DNA of 64,000 bases from Squalus acanthias. Taxonomy: Eukaryota. Positions 49,070 through 60,962 of this stretch are shown piece by piece (position 1 is the stretch's first letter; each line of letters opens with the position of its first letter). A program made the position numbers and the translations under genes. The notes under the pieces are model-generated. The model saw only the letters and a list, made by a program, of their open reading frames with translations, did not search any database and was not told the DNA's origin. Location of the stretch: NCBI GenBank assembly GCA_030390025.1, contig CM059432.1, forward strand, positions 87,236,001 to 87,300,000. Direction: 5' to 3'.

Positions 49070-49420
49070 TCTGTCACTTTTTTCCACTTACGCCATTACT
49101 TCATCCTCCTCCGCCTCCCCCCCCATTAAATCTCCTATCCACGCCTTCACCACCAAGATTCCTGAAATACTCTTCTTGCAGGTCTGCCACTATCCTAGTG
49201 CTAATTCAGCTAATCTAGTACTTTCTGGTCTGTGTCGTGTACTGAAGGAGGTCCTGTGCACCAATCACTTCCTCCTCTCCAAGCACGACTGGTTCCCTGT
49301 GCTTCAGCGAATGTATTTCAAGATCCTTGGCTTATCTTCAAATCTCTTCATAGCCTCTCTCCCTATTTAGGAAATGATCTCCATCAATTATATTCCAGAC
49401 TGCAACCTCTCCTCTGATTC
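49070..49420 (+). mobile_element. Degenerate L2 LINE ORF2 fragment
   Basis: Peptides IHAFTT and HDWFPVLQRMYFKIL resemble L2 motifs IHAFVTSRLDY and LHWLPV.QRI.FKIL. Confidence 0.55.
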
Positions 49421-52400
49421 TGAGTTATAGTTTGGGCATAACTTCTTCCATTTCATCATGTGATTTTTTTTATATACAAAAGGGTCATGAGGCTGTGGTA
49501 TGTACTAACAGAGTTGGTGATTGAAGCAGAGACTATGTCAACTTTTAAGAATAGGTTATGTTGGTGATTGAAGGAAAAGGGAATAAAGGGATATGGGAAC
49601 AGAGTGGACATAAGGCAGACTGGTTGGGCCGAACAGCCTGTTTTCTGTGTTGTAATTTGTATGTAATTTCACCCACTTTGCCTGGTGAAATTCTCTTCTG
49701 AAACCAATTTGCTTCGCCATCTCTCTCTCTACCTTCCACAGTCCTCTTGGTTTCTTCTCCCTCCTCCCCCCTCCAGTTCTTGCACTTTGCTTTGTGTTTT
49801 CTCTGGCCCCTTTTCTTCTATGAGAAACACCGTATAAATTTAAGTTGTTGTGTTAAATCAAGAATAACTGACAACATCCTCATTAAACAGTGGGTAATCT
49901 AATGCTTAATTTGCAACCAAAAGGTCTAAGAATGTCCGGATTTCAAACTTGACTGCCTCAGGCAAACCCCTTTCATTAAATGTCACCCAAGCTACCAATG
50001 AGACAATAATGCAACAGTGGAAGTATTCAATTTCTGTATGGGAAGCCACTAGTATCCAATCTTCGCTATCTCAAAAAGTTTTATTCACTTCCTTTGTCAG
50101 CCAATTATAGCATTGACGATCCTGGGTGGAGAAGTCCATCGATGCAATGTAACAAGCAGACAATAATGCAAAAAGGAAAACAGAGAGAACCATAAATGGA
50201 AAGTATCCTTATGAAAATCTACCAGGCCTGGCAAAACAATCCTTAAAAAATCAGAAAAAATGTCAACAGCAAAACTTCAACTATGCAAATGTCATCTTAA
50301 ACTGAAAGGACCCAAATGTATTCTGCACATGTGCTGGAGTTGGGTGTCTGGGACAATGGCACAATGTTCAGCATAAGTTTTCAAACTGGAGTCAATGGGC
50401 CTAGGTGGTTCACAAGGGGGATCCCAGTCACCAGATTTCTTGGTCATCAGAATGTAGTACTTTCCTGTATTTGTTAACCGAGAAGCACATTATTTCTGTG
50501 ATAATATAAAAGCATTACTCCAATGATAGCTAACCAAAGAAAAATAGTGCTAACACCACTTTAAGAAGTTAGAACCTGGGTGGGGACAGGATTCCCGTGA
50601 CCTTGATCCTCACATAGTCGGTGCAGGTACAGCTGACCCAGTGGCGGTTTTGGTGCCCATTTAGGGCTCTGGGCCAGGTTTAGGGTCTGGAGCCCAAAAA
50701 GAAAGCAAGTATTTCTTTGATAAAAGTGTAGAGCGCCCTGTCAGCTCAAGAGAACAATGGATCCTGGACGGTGCACAGCTGTTTGGTGTATGTTTCGGAT
50801 GTCAACAGTTGCAGCCTGACATAACTCTGTGGCATCGAAGTTTAAGGATGGGTGTGACCCTAACAGCCACCAACAGAATGAGACTTATGGTGAGGCTGGG
50901 CTTCAGAGCCACTTGCACTCAGTAATGGCTTTATTTGGAAAGTGAAGCCTCTACAACCACTGTTCCTCAGTCAAATGCAGGGAGGAACACATCTGCTTGT
51001 ATTCTCTAATGTGTAGATACTGGGGTTGATGCAGCCTCACCAGCCTCCCCATTACACCTCATGTTCATCTTCCAAAAAGCAAAGATAGACGGGGGTTCCT
51101 ATTTGATATGTTATTGAGGCCTATCTGAAAAGGAGGAAGGGGTAAATGGTTGTCCCTCAGTTAATGGTACAAGGACAAATGTAACCTCTCTGGCACTAAA
51201 AATTAACTTTTTTACAAAAGTGGAGTCTCATTACTTCAGATTTTAATTATTGTTGGAGATTTAAAAAAAAATTTAAAATGTAGTTTTTTTTTAACTTTTT
51301 CTTCCTGTCTCTTTTATTTCTCTCCCTTAATCCCATCTTTCTTTTACCTTCTGTACATGATTTGTCATTGAATTAAATATTGATACTTCCAGTTTCAGAT
51401 TCTGCGCTGCTCATTATGAATTCTTCACTCTGGTTTGATATTTGCTTGCTCTGTTCACACAGGTCCCAGATAAATGGATTTCTAATTATTGCCCATAGAA
51501 AGTCTGTGGTCAAGTGTAAGTGTAATGAACAGCTGGCACCATTTGTTCGCCGGTGACCTCAAAATCCGGGCCATAGTTTTTCCACTCCCCTGGACCGTTT
51601 GGCCATCTAAACAAATGCAGGATAGTGAAGTTGGTTAACTTTCTTTGAACACTAACCACCTATAGCAACCTCAGTATATCTGGTACATCAAGAAATGCTT
51701 TAGCAGACGATGACTGTGCAATGAACCATATAATCTGAAACCACTTGTATGCCTTTTTCCCCTCGAATATGCACGTGTTATGGATGTTTTCTATTAAATA
51801 TTGAATACATTTTTTTTGATTCTCACTTTTTTGGTTTTCACCAAATATAATACATTTTCAATCATTCTTTTCAGGATTATGTTCAAAAATAGCTTTTCTA
51901 GGAATCAGCAGACTTTGTAGGCTGGAGTTTCTGTCACTGCCTGGTTTTGTGGGCGGGGGAAGCAGAGGATCCTTTAGACAGGCTTCTTCGCCCACTTTTG
52001 CACACCCCGTTTTCTGTTGTTCTTTAGCCGGCAGAAGAGCCGCCCATTTGGGAGGATGTGTACAAGTGAGGCGGTATTGACACAGTGGTTGATTGACAGT
52101 AATTAAGACTTATCACGCTGTTAAAAATCCACTTACATTAGAATGGACAAGCATTAACTTTTTAGTGCATAAGTAAAGCAACTTCACGCGTTCCATGTGT
52201 TTCAATGGCGAGTCTCTGGGCGAGATGCCGGTGTAGAGAAGCTTCTGGAGGAGCAGGGCAACTCGGACAGCAACTTCCCGATTTCTGTGTTTAACTGCGC
52301 ATGTGTGGCTGCCGGAAGTTGCTGTCCGATTTACTCTTCAATAACGGTGAACGCTGATTGCCTCACCGTTATTTTTACCGCAAAATCTGGGCTAATAAAA

Positions 52401-52875
52401 AGGAATTTCCTTGGAGCTGCTGCCAGTCCGCCGATAACGCCTTTTTACACGTGTAGATGGGATTTCTGCCTCACTCCCGGCGAAGTTACGACGGAGTGGA
52501 AACAGCTCCGAGGAAATTACGAATGCGGCCAAATATTCCATCTTTCATTACCTTTTAGTTTCAAATTATTGTGGCGACATTACTAGCATGCAAACAACTA
52601 CAAACAGCCCATTTCAAAAGGAAGGCTAAATTGGATAGCCACCGAAACGGGCTCGGGGGTCGCGATGCATGATTAACCCACGCCCATTGATTGCAATGCA
52701 GGCTGCACGCCAACTTTGAGCTGCCTGCTCATTTAAATGATCTGTGTCCAGCCAGCGCTAAATGCACTATTCATTAGCTGGACGCATCAGCAGGGGCCAA
52801 TATCGTGAGAGGCTAGCACCAGTTAAAGCTAGTCTGCACTGCTTAAAGAGATTCTGACCTGGGAAACAGTGAAGA

Positions 52876-54430
52876 ATGGCACAACTTCAACACGGGAGAG
52901 AGCGGACTCCAAGGTTTTCAGACGTTGCACTGGAGGCATTGGTGGAGGAGGTGGAAAGTAGGAGAGATGTCCTGTATCCGCAGGGGGCCAGAAGGCCCTC
53001 CAGAAACACGCTCAGCAGGCAGTGGGATCAGATAGCCGAGAGGTCAATGCCAGGAGTCAAGCCCCGAGGGCCTGGATGCAGTGCCACAAGATGTTTAATG
53101 GCCTTACACGAGTAGTCAAGGTCAGTGAATGCATCTTCAAATGCCATATCCTACCAACTGCACCACTAGCCTCAGCCACTGCTCAATGCACCACACCCCA
53201 TCACCAATCTCATACCCAACATTCATATGCTTCACCTCACCCTCAAACGCACATCTCACAGCTTGTACACACTGCCAGCTTTTCAACCATGACAGGCACA
53301 TCACCCAAACAGATTGCACGACACTCAATGACACTTCCCTCTCTCTCGCAGGACAAGGTGGCGCACAACTAGAGGCAACAGGAGCTAACCGCCGGGGGCC
53401 AGGTGCGCCTGCATGTCTTAACCCCCCATGGAGGAGATGGTGCTGGCCATTACTGAGGCCGTGGCCAGTGGCGGGGCAGAAACAATCGAAGATGACGGTA
53501 TCCTCATACCTAATCCTCCATCACACAATCTCTTCTGATTTACAAGCTGCAGATGGTGTAAGCATGCACCTCTTACTCCCCACCCCACCTCACCACAACC
53601 TTACCCTTGTGCCTTTCTCCTTTCAGATACCCAAGAAGTGCAACCTGGCCAGTCAGTGGTGGAAGAGCAAGAAGAATGTGATGATGAAGACACACTGTCA
53701 CTCGATTTCACTCACAGCCACCAGCTCAGATATTGACACTGCGCATAATGTAGAGGAATGTAGATAGCACAGAGGCGGGATCTGCACGTGGTGAGACACC
53801 GGGCTCGTGTGCCCTGCAGCCAGAGCAGGGGGCAAGGATAGCGCAGGTGCCAGCTTGCTGGAGTGCAAGGTTGCACACGAGTTCTGTTGCAGCGGACTTC
53901 GATGGGGCAGGCTACACAAGGCGGCGGATGGGTATGCACAAGAAATGCTTGGTGCATTGGGAAGCCTGCCAGAATTCCGCTCGCACTCTTGTGGACCCAA
54001 CCATGATGCAGCGTCTGATGGCCGATGTCTCAGCTTCCATTGCAGCACAAGCAGCAGCCAACCAACGTCTGAGTGCTGCAATGTAAGCTCAGGCTGCTGC
54101 CATCAGTCTAGGATTGCTGAGGCGCTGCCCCGCGGGAGTGGCAGTGGCTCCATGGAACACGAACCTGCTGTCCTCCCACCCCACCAGTGCCCTTGCTGTT
54201 GCCCGTCAGCCAGCCAGCCCAGACTGCTGCCACCCATGCCGAGGTGGTGCAGTCCGCAGCCGGGCCTTCTAGGATGGAGCTGCTCGAGGTCATCCTCCAA
54301 GGCCATCTGCAGTCTCCGCCACTGAAAGTCAGCAATATTCCACCAGTTATGCTGCAGCCTTTGGGGTAACACTAGGACAGGCAATGGCACACGAAAGATG
54401 TGCACTAAGGGAATGCACAAGGGTCACTAG
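52876..54430 (+). pseudogene. Harbinger Myb/SANT-like DNA-binding protein gene, spliced and disrupted
   Basis: MAQLQHGRERTPRFSDVALEALVEEVESRRDVLYP...QWDQIAE..VNARS..PRAWMQCHKMFNGL. Apparent introns at 53121-53351 (then DKVAHN*RQQELTAGG) and 53498-53626. Contains stops and frameshifts. Confidence 0.8.
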
Positions 54431-54599
54431 TTGACTTTTATATGCAATATGGCATGATTTAATTTATAAATTTGGTTTCGAATGTTTATTTTGTGGTGGT
54501 TTTTTTTGTGGTATTGTGGCCAAGAGGATGCTGTGACAGTCAGTAAGAAAGGGAAGTTACGGTGTGGGACTGTTGGTGAATGGGGAATTGGGGTTGCAC

Positions 54600-55560
54600 T
54601 CACATGAGTTCTAGACGGACAGAAAGGGACTGTTTAGGTTGCCTCCTCCTCCTTCACCTCCTCATGCTCCTCAACTGCTCACTGTATAGCTGGTGGCAAG
54701 GGCTGTGCCCTCATGATGGCGAGGTTGTGCAGCATGTAGCAGACCACGACGAACCTTGGCACCCGCTCTGCCAAACACTGTAGGGCTCCACCAGAGCTGT
54801 CCAGGCAGCGGAATAGTTCTTTCAGCACGCCAATGGTCTGCTCTGTCACATTTCATGTGGCAGCATGGCTTTCATTGTATGCATGGTGCACACGTGTGTG
54901 TGGATTGCAAACCGGAGTCATGAGCCATTTTGTCAGCGGATAGCCCTTGTCGCCCAGTAGCCACCCTTTGGTTTGCCGTGGTGGCACATCGGACTGCCGC
55001 AGAATGAAGGCATCATGACTGCTGCCACGATACCAGGCATTGACCTGCATGTTGCGCTGCCTATGGTCACACACCAGATGGATGTTGAGGGAGTGGAATC
55101 CCTTTCAGTTCTGGTTTAGGGCAGAGTTGACATGCGGCACTTGCGATGTGTGTGCAGTCAGTGGCACCTTGCACCAGGGGGAAGCCTGCAATCCTAGCGA
55201 AGCCCGTACTCGCTCCGCCTGCTCATCTCTGGCGAGAGAGAATTAAATGTAGTCAGGTCTCTTTGAAGAGAGAGCCTCAGTAAGCGGCAAACTGAGATGT
55301 TGCAAATATCTCCAGCTCCAGCCTGGAAGGAGCCCGACGCATAAAGGTTCATGGCCATGGTCACCTTCACAGCCACTGGCAATGCGATCTTTGCCCTGCT
55401 CTGAGGTTGCAGTTGTGGCTGCAGCAGGTGGCAGATTTCAGCGAGGACGTCCTTACTGAAGCGCAGACGTCTCACACACTGTTCCTCACTGAGGTTCAGG
55501 TAGGAGAATTGCTCCCTGAACACCCTGGGTGGATGTGGCCTCCTGCTGAGAGCCCTCTGG
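54600..55560 (-). pseudogene. Harbinger (HARBI1-like) DDE transposase, disrupted
   Basis: Peptides YLNLSEEQCVRRLRFSK..LPVAVKVTMAMNLYASGSFQ and GSSHDAFILRQS...WLLGDKGYPL..WLMTP...YNESHAAT. Confidence 0.88.
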
Positions 55561-57859
55561 CAGCAAGTGGTTTGTGCAGCGGCCTGAAGTCAGCAAAATG
55601 TTCTTCAGCATCTGTCACACCACTCCCTGAAGACTTTTGCAACTTGAAATAACTATAGAAAGCACCAAACACTTGTAGAATCGTAGCAACATCCATTAGA
55701 AATTAACCAGCAACTAACCTGTAAGTAGTTGATGATCCCTTCAAATAGCGCTGGTGTGGGTCCTTCCTGCTGCTGAATGTGTGTTCAGCTGTGCGAGCTT
55801 AAGAGAGGTTGTTAGCTGGAGCGATGAGCTCCAAAATGGCAGCGCTGGTGTCAGATCAGCATTGCACGCTGATTAACGCCATGATCTGCTTGCTCTGCAT
55901 AGTTTTAATGCCCTCACCAATATGATGTCTGCTGCGATTCGTCCGTGTGCGCGCGCATCGGACGCCATTTTGGTACTCGAACGGCACCCGTAGCGCCCAA
56001 ACAACTGTGCTACCGATTCCAATTTTGCACCGCTAGTCTCTTATGCCAGGATGACACTTACAAAGTGTGGTTCAAATCTGCCAAAACAACTTTAATGAGA
56101 TGGCAAGTTGGTGTTTACGAACAGAGGGGCAGGAAGGCAGTGCTGTCACATGAATCATTTGTTTCTAGCACTGCAAAGGGAATAAAATGTACTCTGCAAA
56201 ACTAGGAGAATGGAATTTAATGTTTAGTTAAGGCATTCCACTGGAGTTTAATAGCAAGTGTTGTATGCAGCATACCTATATATCCAAGTCCAACTCACCA
56301 ATGCTAGTCACTACAACAAAATTCAGTATAACAAGGCCTTGATTACTATTACCAATTTAAGAGTTCTATTCGCAGATCTGACGATGAAAGTGACTCGATT
56401 AAAATTAAACTCCAGTTCTGGTCAGCTGTTACCACAGTATATAAAAAAAACACAACAGCTGGACGCTTCATTAATACTCAAATATTCCAAGTACATGCCC
56501 GCCTTCTGTAGATATCCTATCTTTTGCAAGGGGCATGTTACAAAATGGAATATACTGACATTAATTGTAACAAAAGGACAGACATTTCCACACATAATAT
56601 ACAAGCTAATGCGATCTCTGGCATATTTAAACCTGGTGTTGTGCGACCTCTCAATATTTAAACTACCCAAGATTGGACGGATAAGCTTTGGAAGGACCAG
56701 ACTTAACTATTCATTAAATAGGTTGCTAGAACTGAACCACCAGCATACAAAGCACAGCAAGTAGCAGAAATTAATTACAAAAATACAAATTAATCAGAAT
56801 AATTCACACAGATTACAGGATTTTCAGGTCTAAAATATTTCAATTCTTAAGAATCATATCTGATAATCTTGTGTGAAATGATGGCAGTTTGAAGCTTTCT
56901 ACCTTTACATTGTTAAGCAAAATATTAATGATACTAAAAAACACTCCACTTTACTTCGAGCCCTATAGGTCTATCCTTAATACTTCATCACAGGCTGTAG
57001 ATTAAACTAATAAATAGCTGAACTTTCAATTTTTGGGAAATCTCAGTATTTGGTTTCAGTTAAGTGCAACCTCTTGTCCAAAGAGAGAAAGAGAACTTGC
57101 AAACGGTTTCTCAGTTGGAGCACAGTAATTAGAGGGGTAGCACTGGGACTGATCTTTGAATTATAAACACTGCATGACTTAATGCAGTTAGTCATATTTC
57201 ATACTGCAGTGTTATTTAATGCACAGAATAGTCCAACTCCAAAGTCTAGTTTCTAGCATTAATTCATTATTACCATTTCATCTACAAAATTGAAGACAAG
57301 AGAATAGAGACACTGATTACGGCGAAGCAGCTTTTTGTCCCTCGATGACAATGTTATCTGATGGTGGAAACTATAGAGAGATCAGGGTTTGTTTTTTTTC
57401 CCCCCTGTGCGTACAGAACAGCTGTGAACACAGAAAATTCTCTTCCATTTAGTCATCAGTAAAAACCTGTTTTATGAAATCTAAATCAAAACCACCTCCT
57501 ACGTTGAAATCTGTAGTTTTGTTACATAGATATGTGACATCAGCCACAAAAGGGTGCCAAGGATGTCTCCAAGTCAGAAAACCTCCAATCCATTCTCTCA
57601 GACATTTATCCAGCTGGTTTTAAGTTTTCCGCCACATCAAATTACCCCTTACCCTTCTTGAAGGCATTGATCTCTTGCTGGGGGTATGGTTGTAAGGGTA
57701 CCATTCACTCAGGTACCTTTCCCAAGTGCATGTGCTTCATGTGTGAAGACATGATAGTGAGCATCAGCAAGCTTCCCAACACGGAGTGCACCAAACCAAG
57801 CCCCAATCCTGTCCTCACTCAATATCCACACATGCGAACATGGACTTTCAAAAGGCCCT

Positions 57860-58475
57860 CGATTAAGGTACCACATAGTCGACTCATGACTATGGTCAGA
57901 GTGTGTGGAGTCAGGGGACAAGTAGCAAGATGAATAGCAAGCTGCTACAAAACAGAAGAGAGTAGGGGTAAAGGTTATTACTCAGACTGGCAGAAGGTGG
58001 AAAGTGGTGTTCCACAGGGATCACTGTTGTTCACTATTTACAGAAATGATTTGCAGTCGGGAATCAGAAGTACAGTATCAAAATTTGCGGATGACCCCAA
58101 ATTTGGGGGTATAGTTAATACTGAGCAGGACTGCAACAAAATACAAGAAGATGTTAACAAACTTGCAGAATGGGCAAATGAATTTCAATATAGATAAGTG
58201 TGAGGTGGTGCATTTTGGTAGCAGGAATAAGGGGGCCATAAGAGTAAATGAGCCATAGGAAATAAGAGTCTAAACGGGGTAGAGGCGCAAAGGGATCGAG
58301 GGGTACAGATATACAAATCATTACAAGCAGCAACGCTGCCTAAAAAGCCATAAAAAGTGCAAACAAAGCATTGGGGTTCATTTCTAGAGGAATAGAATTC
58401 AAAAATAGAGAAGTTCAAAGAGCTGGCACAGGCATGATGGGCCGAATGACCTGCTTCTGTGCTGCAAGATTGTAT
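57860..58475 (+). mobile_element. Degenerate CR1 LINE fragment
   Basis: SGVPQGS.LFTIY.NDL...VSKFADDPK, then a CR1-type tail gatgggccgaatgacctgcttctgtgctg. Confidence 0.8.
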
Positions 58476-58496
58476 TGTGTATATATATTTATGTTT

Positions 58497-58909
58497 TTTT
58501 TTTAATTTGTTTATGGGATGTGAGCGTCGCTGGCAAGGCCAGCATTTATTGCCCATCCTTAATTGCCCTTAAAAAGGCGGTGGTGAGCCGCCTTCCTGAA
58601 CCGTTACAGTCCGTGTGGTGAAGGTACTCCCATAGTGCTGTTAGGGAAGGAGTTCCAGGATTTTGACCCAGTGACGATGAAGGAACGGCGCTATACTTCC
58701 AAGTCAGATGGTGTGTGACTTGGAGGGGAACTTGCAGGTGGTGGTGTTCCCATGCGCCTGCTGCCCTTGTCCTTCTAGGTGGAAGAGGTTGTGGGTTTGG
58801 GAGGTGCTGCCGAAGAAGCCTTGGCGAATTGCTGCAGTGCATCTTGTAGGTGGTACACACTGCAGCCACGGTACGCCAGTGGTGGAGGGAGTGAATGTTT
58901 AAGGTGGTG
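58497..58909 (-). mobile_element. CR1-group LINE 3' fragment
   Basis: Near-identical to the 3' parts of the copies at 18481 and 31886. Confidence 0.85.
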
Positions 58910-59194
58910 AATTTCGCGGGAGGCGTTAGCGGCGCCGCGCCTGGGCGCTAACGGGAGGCACAAAGCAACCCAATTTTTCCCCCTTTTATTTTACCAGCCA
59001 AGGACAACTATAATTACAATTGCAGAATTCTATTAACAAAGGATCTTCACAAAGCTAACTGTACTTCCACGTTCTGTAGGCTCACTGGCAAGACTGGATC
59101 AAATTACACATCGCAGGGTTGTCTACAGCAGGCAGGATCAAATCTCATGTTGCAAATAGACGGAGCCTAAAACCTGTTGCATCTCTAACTTTTT

Positions 59195-59298
59195 CCAGTT
59201 CTGATAAAAGGTCATGAGCTGAAACGTTAATTTGGTTTCTCTCTCCACAGATGCTGCCTGACTTGCTGAGTACTTCCAGCATTTTCTGTCTTTTTTTA
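59195..59298 (+). mobile_element. Single degenerate Penelope-like pLTR arm
   Basis: agttctgataaaaggtcatgagctgaaacgttaa...ctctccacagatgctgcctgacttgctgagtacttccagcattttctg is homologous to 40951-41049. Confidence 0.7.
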
Positions 59299-60293
59299 TG
59301 AAAAATACTTTTCAACTTGTGTGAGATTTTATTATTTTAAGCCTCTACTGTCAAGTTCTGTGCTGAAAACATACCCTTGCTTTTACCATGTAGATGTGGT
59401 GATAAAAACAATTTGGTGTTCAAAACTACTGGAAGAATGGTCTGTGCAATGATTGTAAACGCATTGGAGTTTACAGTTTTATTTGAAGTCCATTCTGAGT
59501 TTGAAACAATAGTATTACAATATGACATTTACATAAGGGACACTAAGTCATTTGAGACATTATTGCAGATATGTTTTATCAGTATCCAAATTTTTCCTTT
59601 AGTATTGTCTACTAGGGAAGCACCCACAGCATTTAGTGCAAGTCCCCTAACACTAATGTTCTGAAAATTTGAGGAGAGCACACAGTAGCATTGGTGGAAG
59701 AGGGTCACTGGGAGAAACAGGCATTGGCAGCATTGCTGCTAGAAATAGTTTTGCCCAGATTAGATTATATCATCATCTCTCACTTGGTAGTTTATGGTGA
59801 CAGATTTAACAGCTATTATGTCATGGTGCAAGGTAAATCAAACAGTTAGGTCCATTAGTGTCACAGACTTTACAACAAAATCTATAGTTCATACATGAGC
59901 CTATATATTTTCCAAAATAAAAAATAAAATTCAGCTTGACATACAAGAAATTTTTCACAGAAAAATATAAGATTCAAGAATTTGACAATGGTAGATTGTA
60001 AAACAAGATCAGTTTAAAAAGATAAAGCAAAAGACATCTGCATTAAAATTATGCTGTGTGATAATAACATTTGAATGGTGAATGCACTTGTCTGGAATTC
60101 TTCTCTCTGCTATTTTAGTGGAGGTGTTAGCCCATTTACGCTCAGCAGGTTAATGCCTGTTCTAAAATAGCAGAAAGAATAATTTCAGACAAATGCTTCC
60201 GTATTGACATGCTGTTAACCCACAGTGAAATTCAAGGCCCTGTGGCATAAAGATGATTGTTGTTGGATTGTGTGTGCCAAACTAGTATAGGTG

Positions 60294-60962
60294 AGGGCCG
60301 GTTTTCCTTGGTGACCTGTCCTAGGTTCTGGACAGGTACAGCATACCCGATGTGCCTCAGAATGCCTGGTTTTGTCAGGGTGGGACATTATCATGACCCG
60401 GTCTCACCCCCATCACAGGCCTGCCCCTAGCAGGACCTTGCACAAGAAAGTGGGGCAGGAAAGTCAGCCACAGCTACGGGCTTGAGAGGCCTACAGCAGT
60501 AGCGATGGCCGTCATGGTCAGAACTTCTGGCCACTGTTGGAAAACAGCAACCAGAAAGCCTCCATGCTGCAGATCGCTGGGCAGGCTGTAAGGACAATGC
60601 GGTGCTTATCTTGTTGTGCCCCCTTGCATTGCTGCCTACCCCGCGCAGACCAGATAGTCTGAGGTGGTCCAATTAGAAGGCCCAGCACCAGCTTCTGCGG
60701 GACGCCCTTGTATCTGGGTGCCCAAGCAATGGAACTACAGAAAAATGGGGCCAGAGGGCTTGGATGTTCCCTTCTGTCTCAGTTAAAGGGTCATGTTTCA
60801 CGTGTGCCTGCTGTAGGTGCAGGCCTTGTTCTGCCTCTTGTGGGGGAGCCCTGGTAACCTTTGGCAATGTAAAGGAGGTGGAGACCTGGTAATATTGGGC
60901 ACTGCCCCTTTGTGCTTGGGAATAAGCATTACCAGAGTGTTGTCCCCAGGAAAATCGGCCCG
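60294..60962. mobile_element. Harbinger-type MITE
   Basis: TIRs agggccggttttcct / aggaaaatcggcccg with TSD GTG. Confidence 0.65.

Larger units (their letters stand above)
52621..56031. mobile_element. Decayed autonomous-type PIF/Harbinger DNA transposon (two convergent genes)
   Basis: Myb/SANT-like gene on plus and HARBI1-like DDE transposase on minus, arranged tail to tail. Degenerate TIRs aggctaaattgga / tccaattttgcacc. Confidence 0.88.

Noticed and set aside
54600..55560. Host HARBI1 gene
   Set aside because: Multiple frameshifts, paired with a Myb gene inside TIRs, and related deleted copies nearby: a transposon relic.
56258..56764. 168-codon plus-strand ORF
   Set aside because: Non-ATG start, no recognisable domain and AT-rich intronic composition; probably chance.
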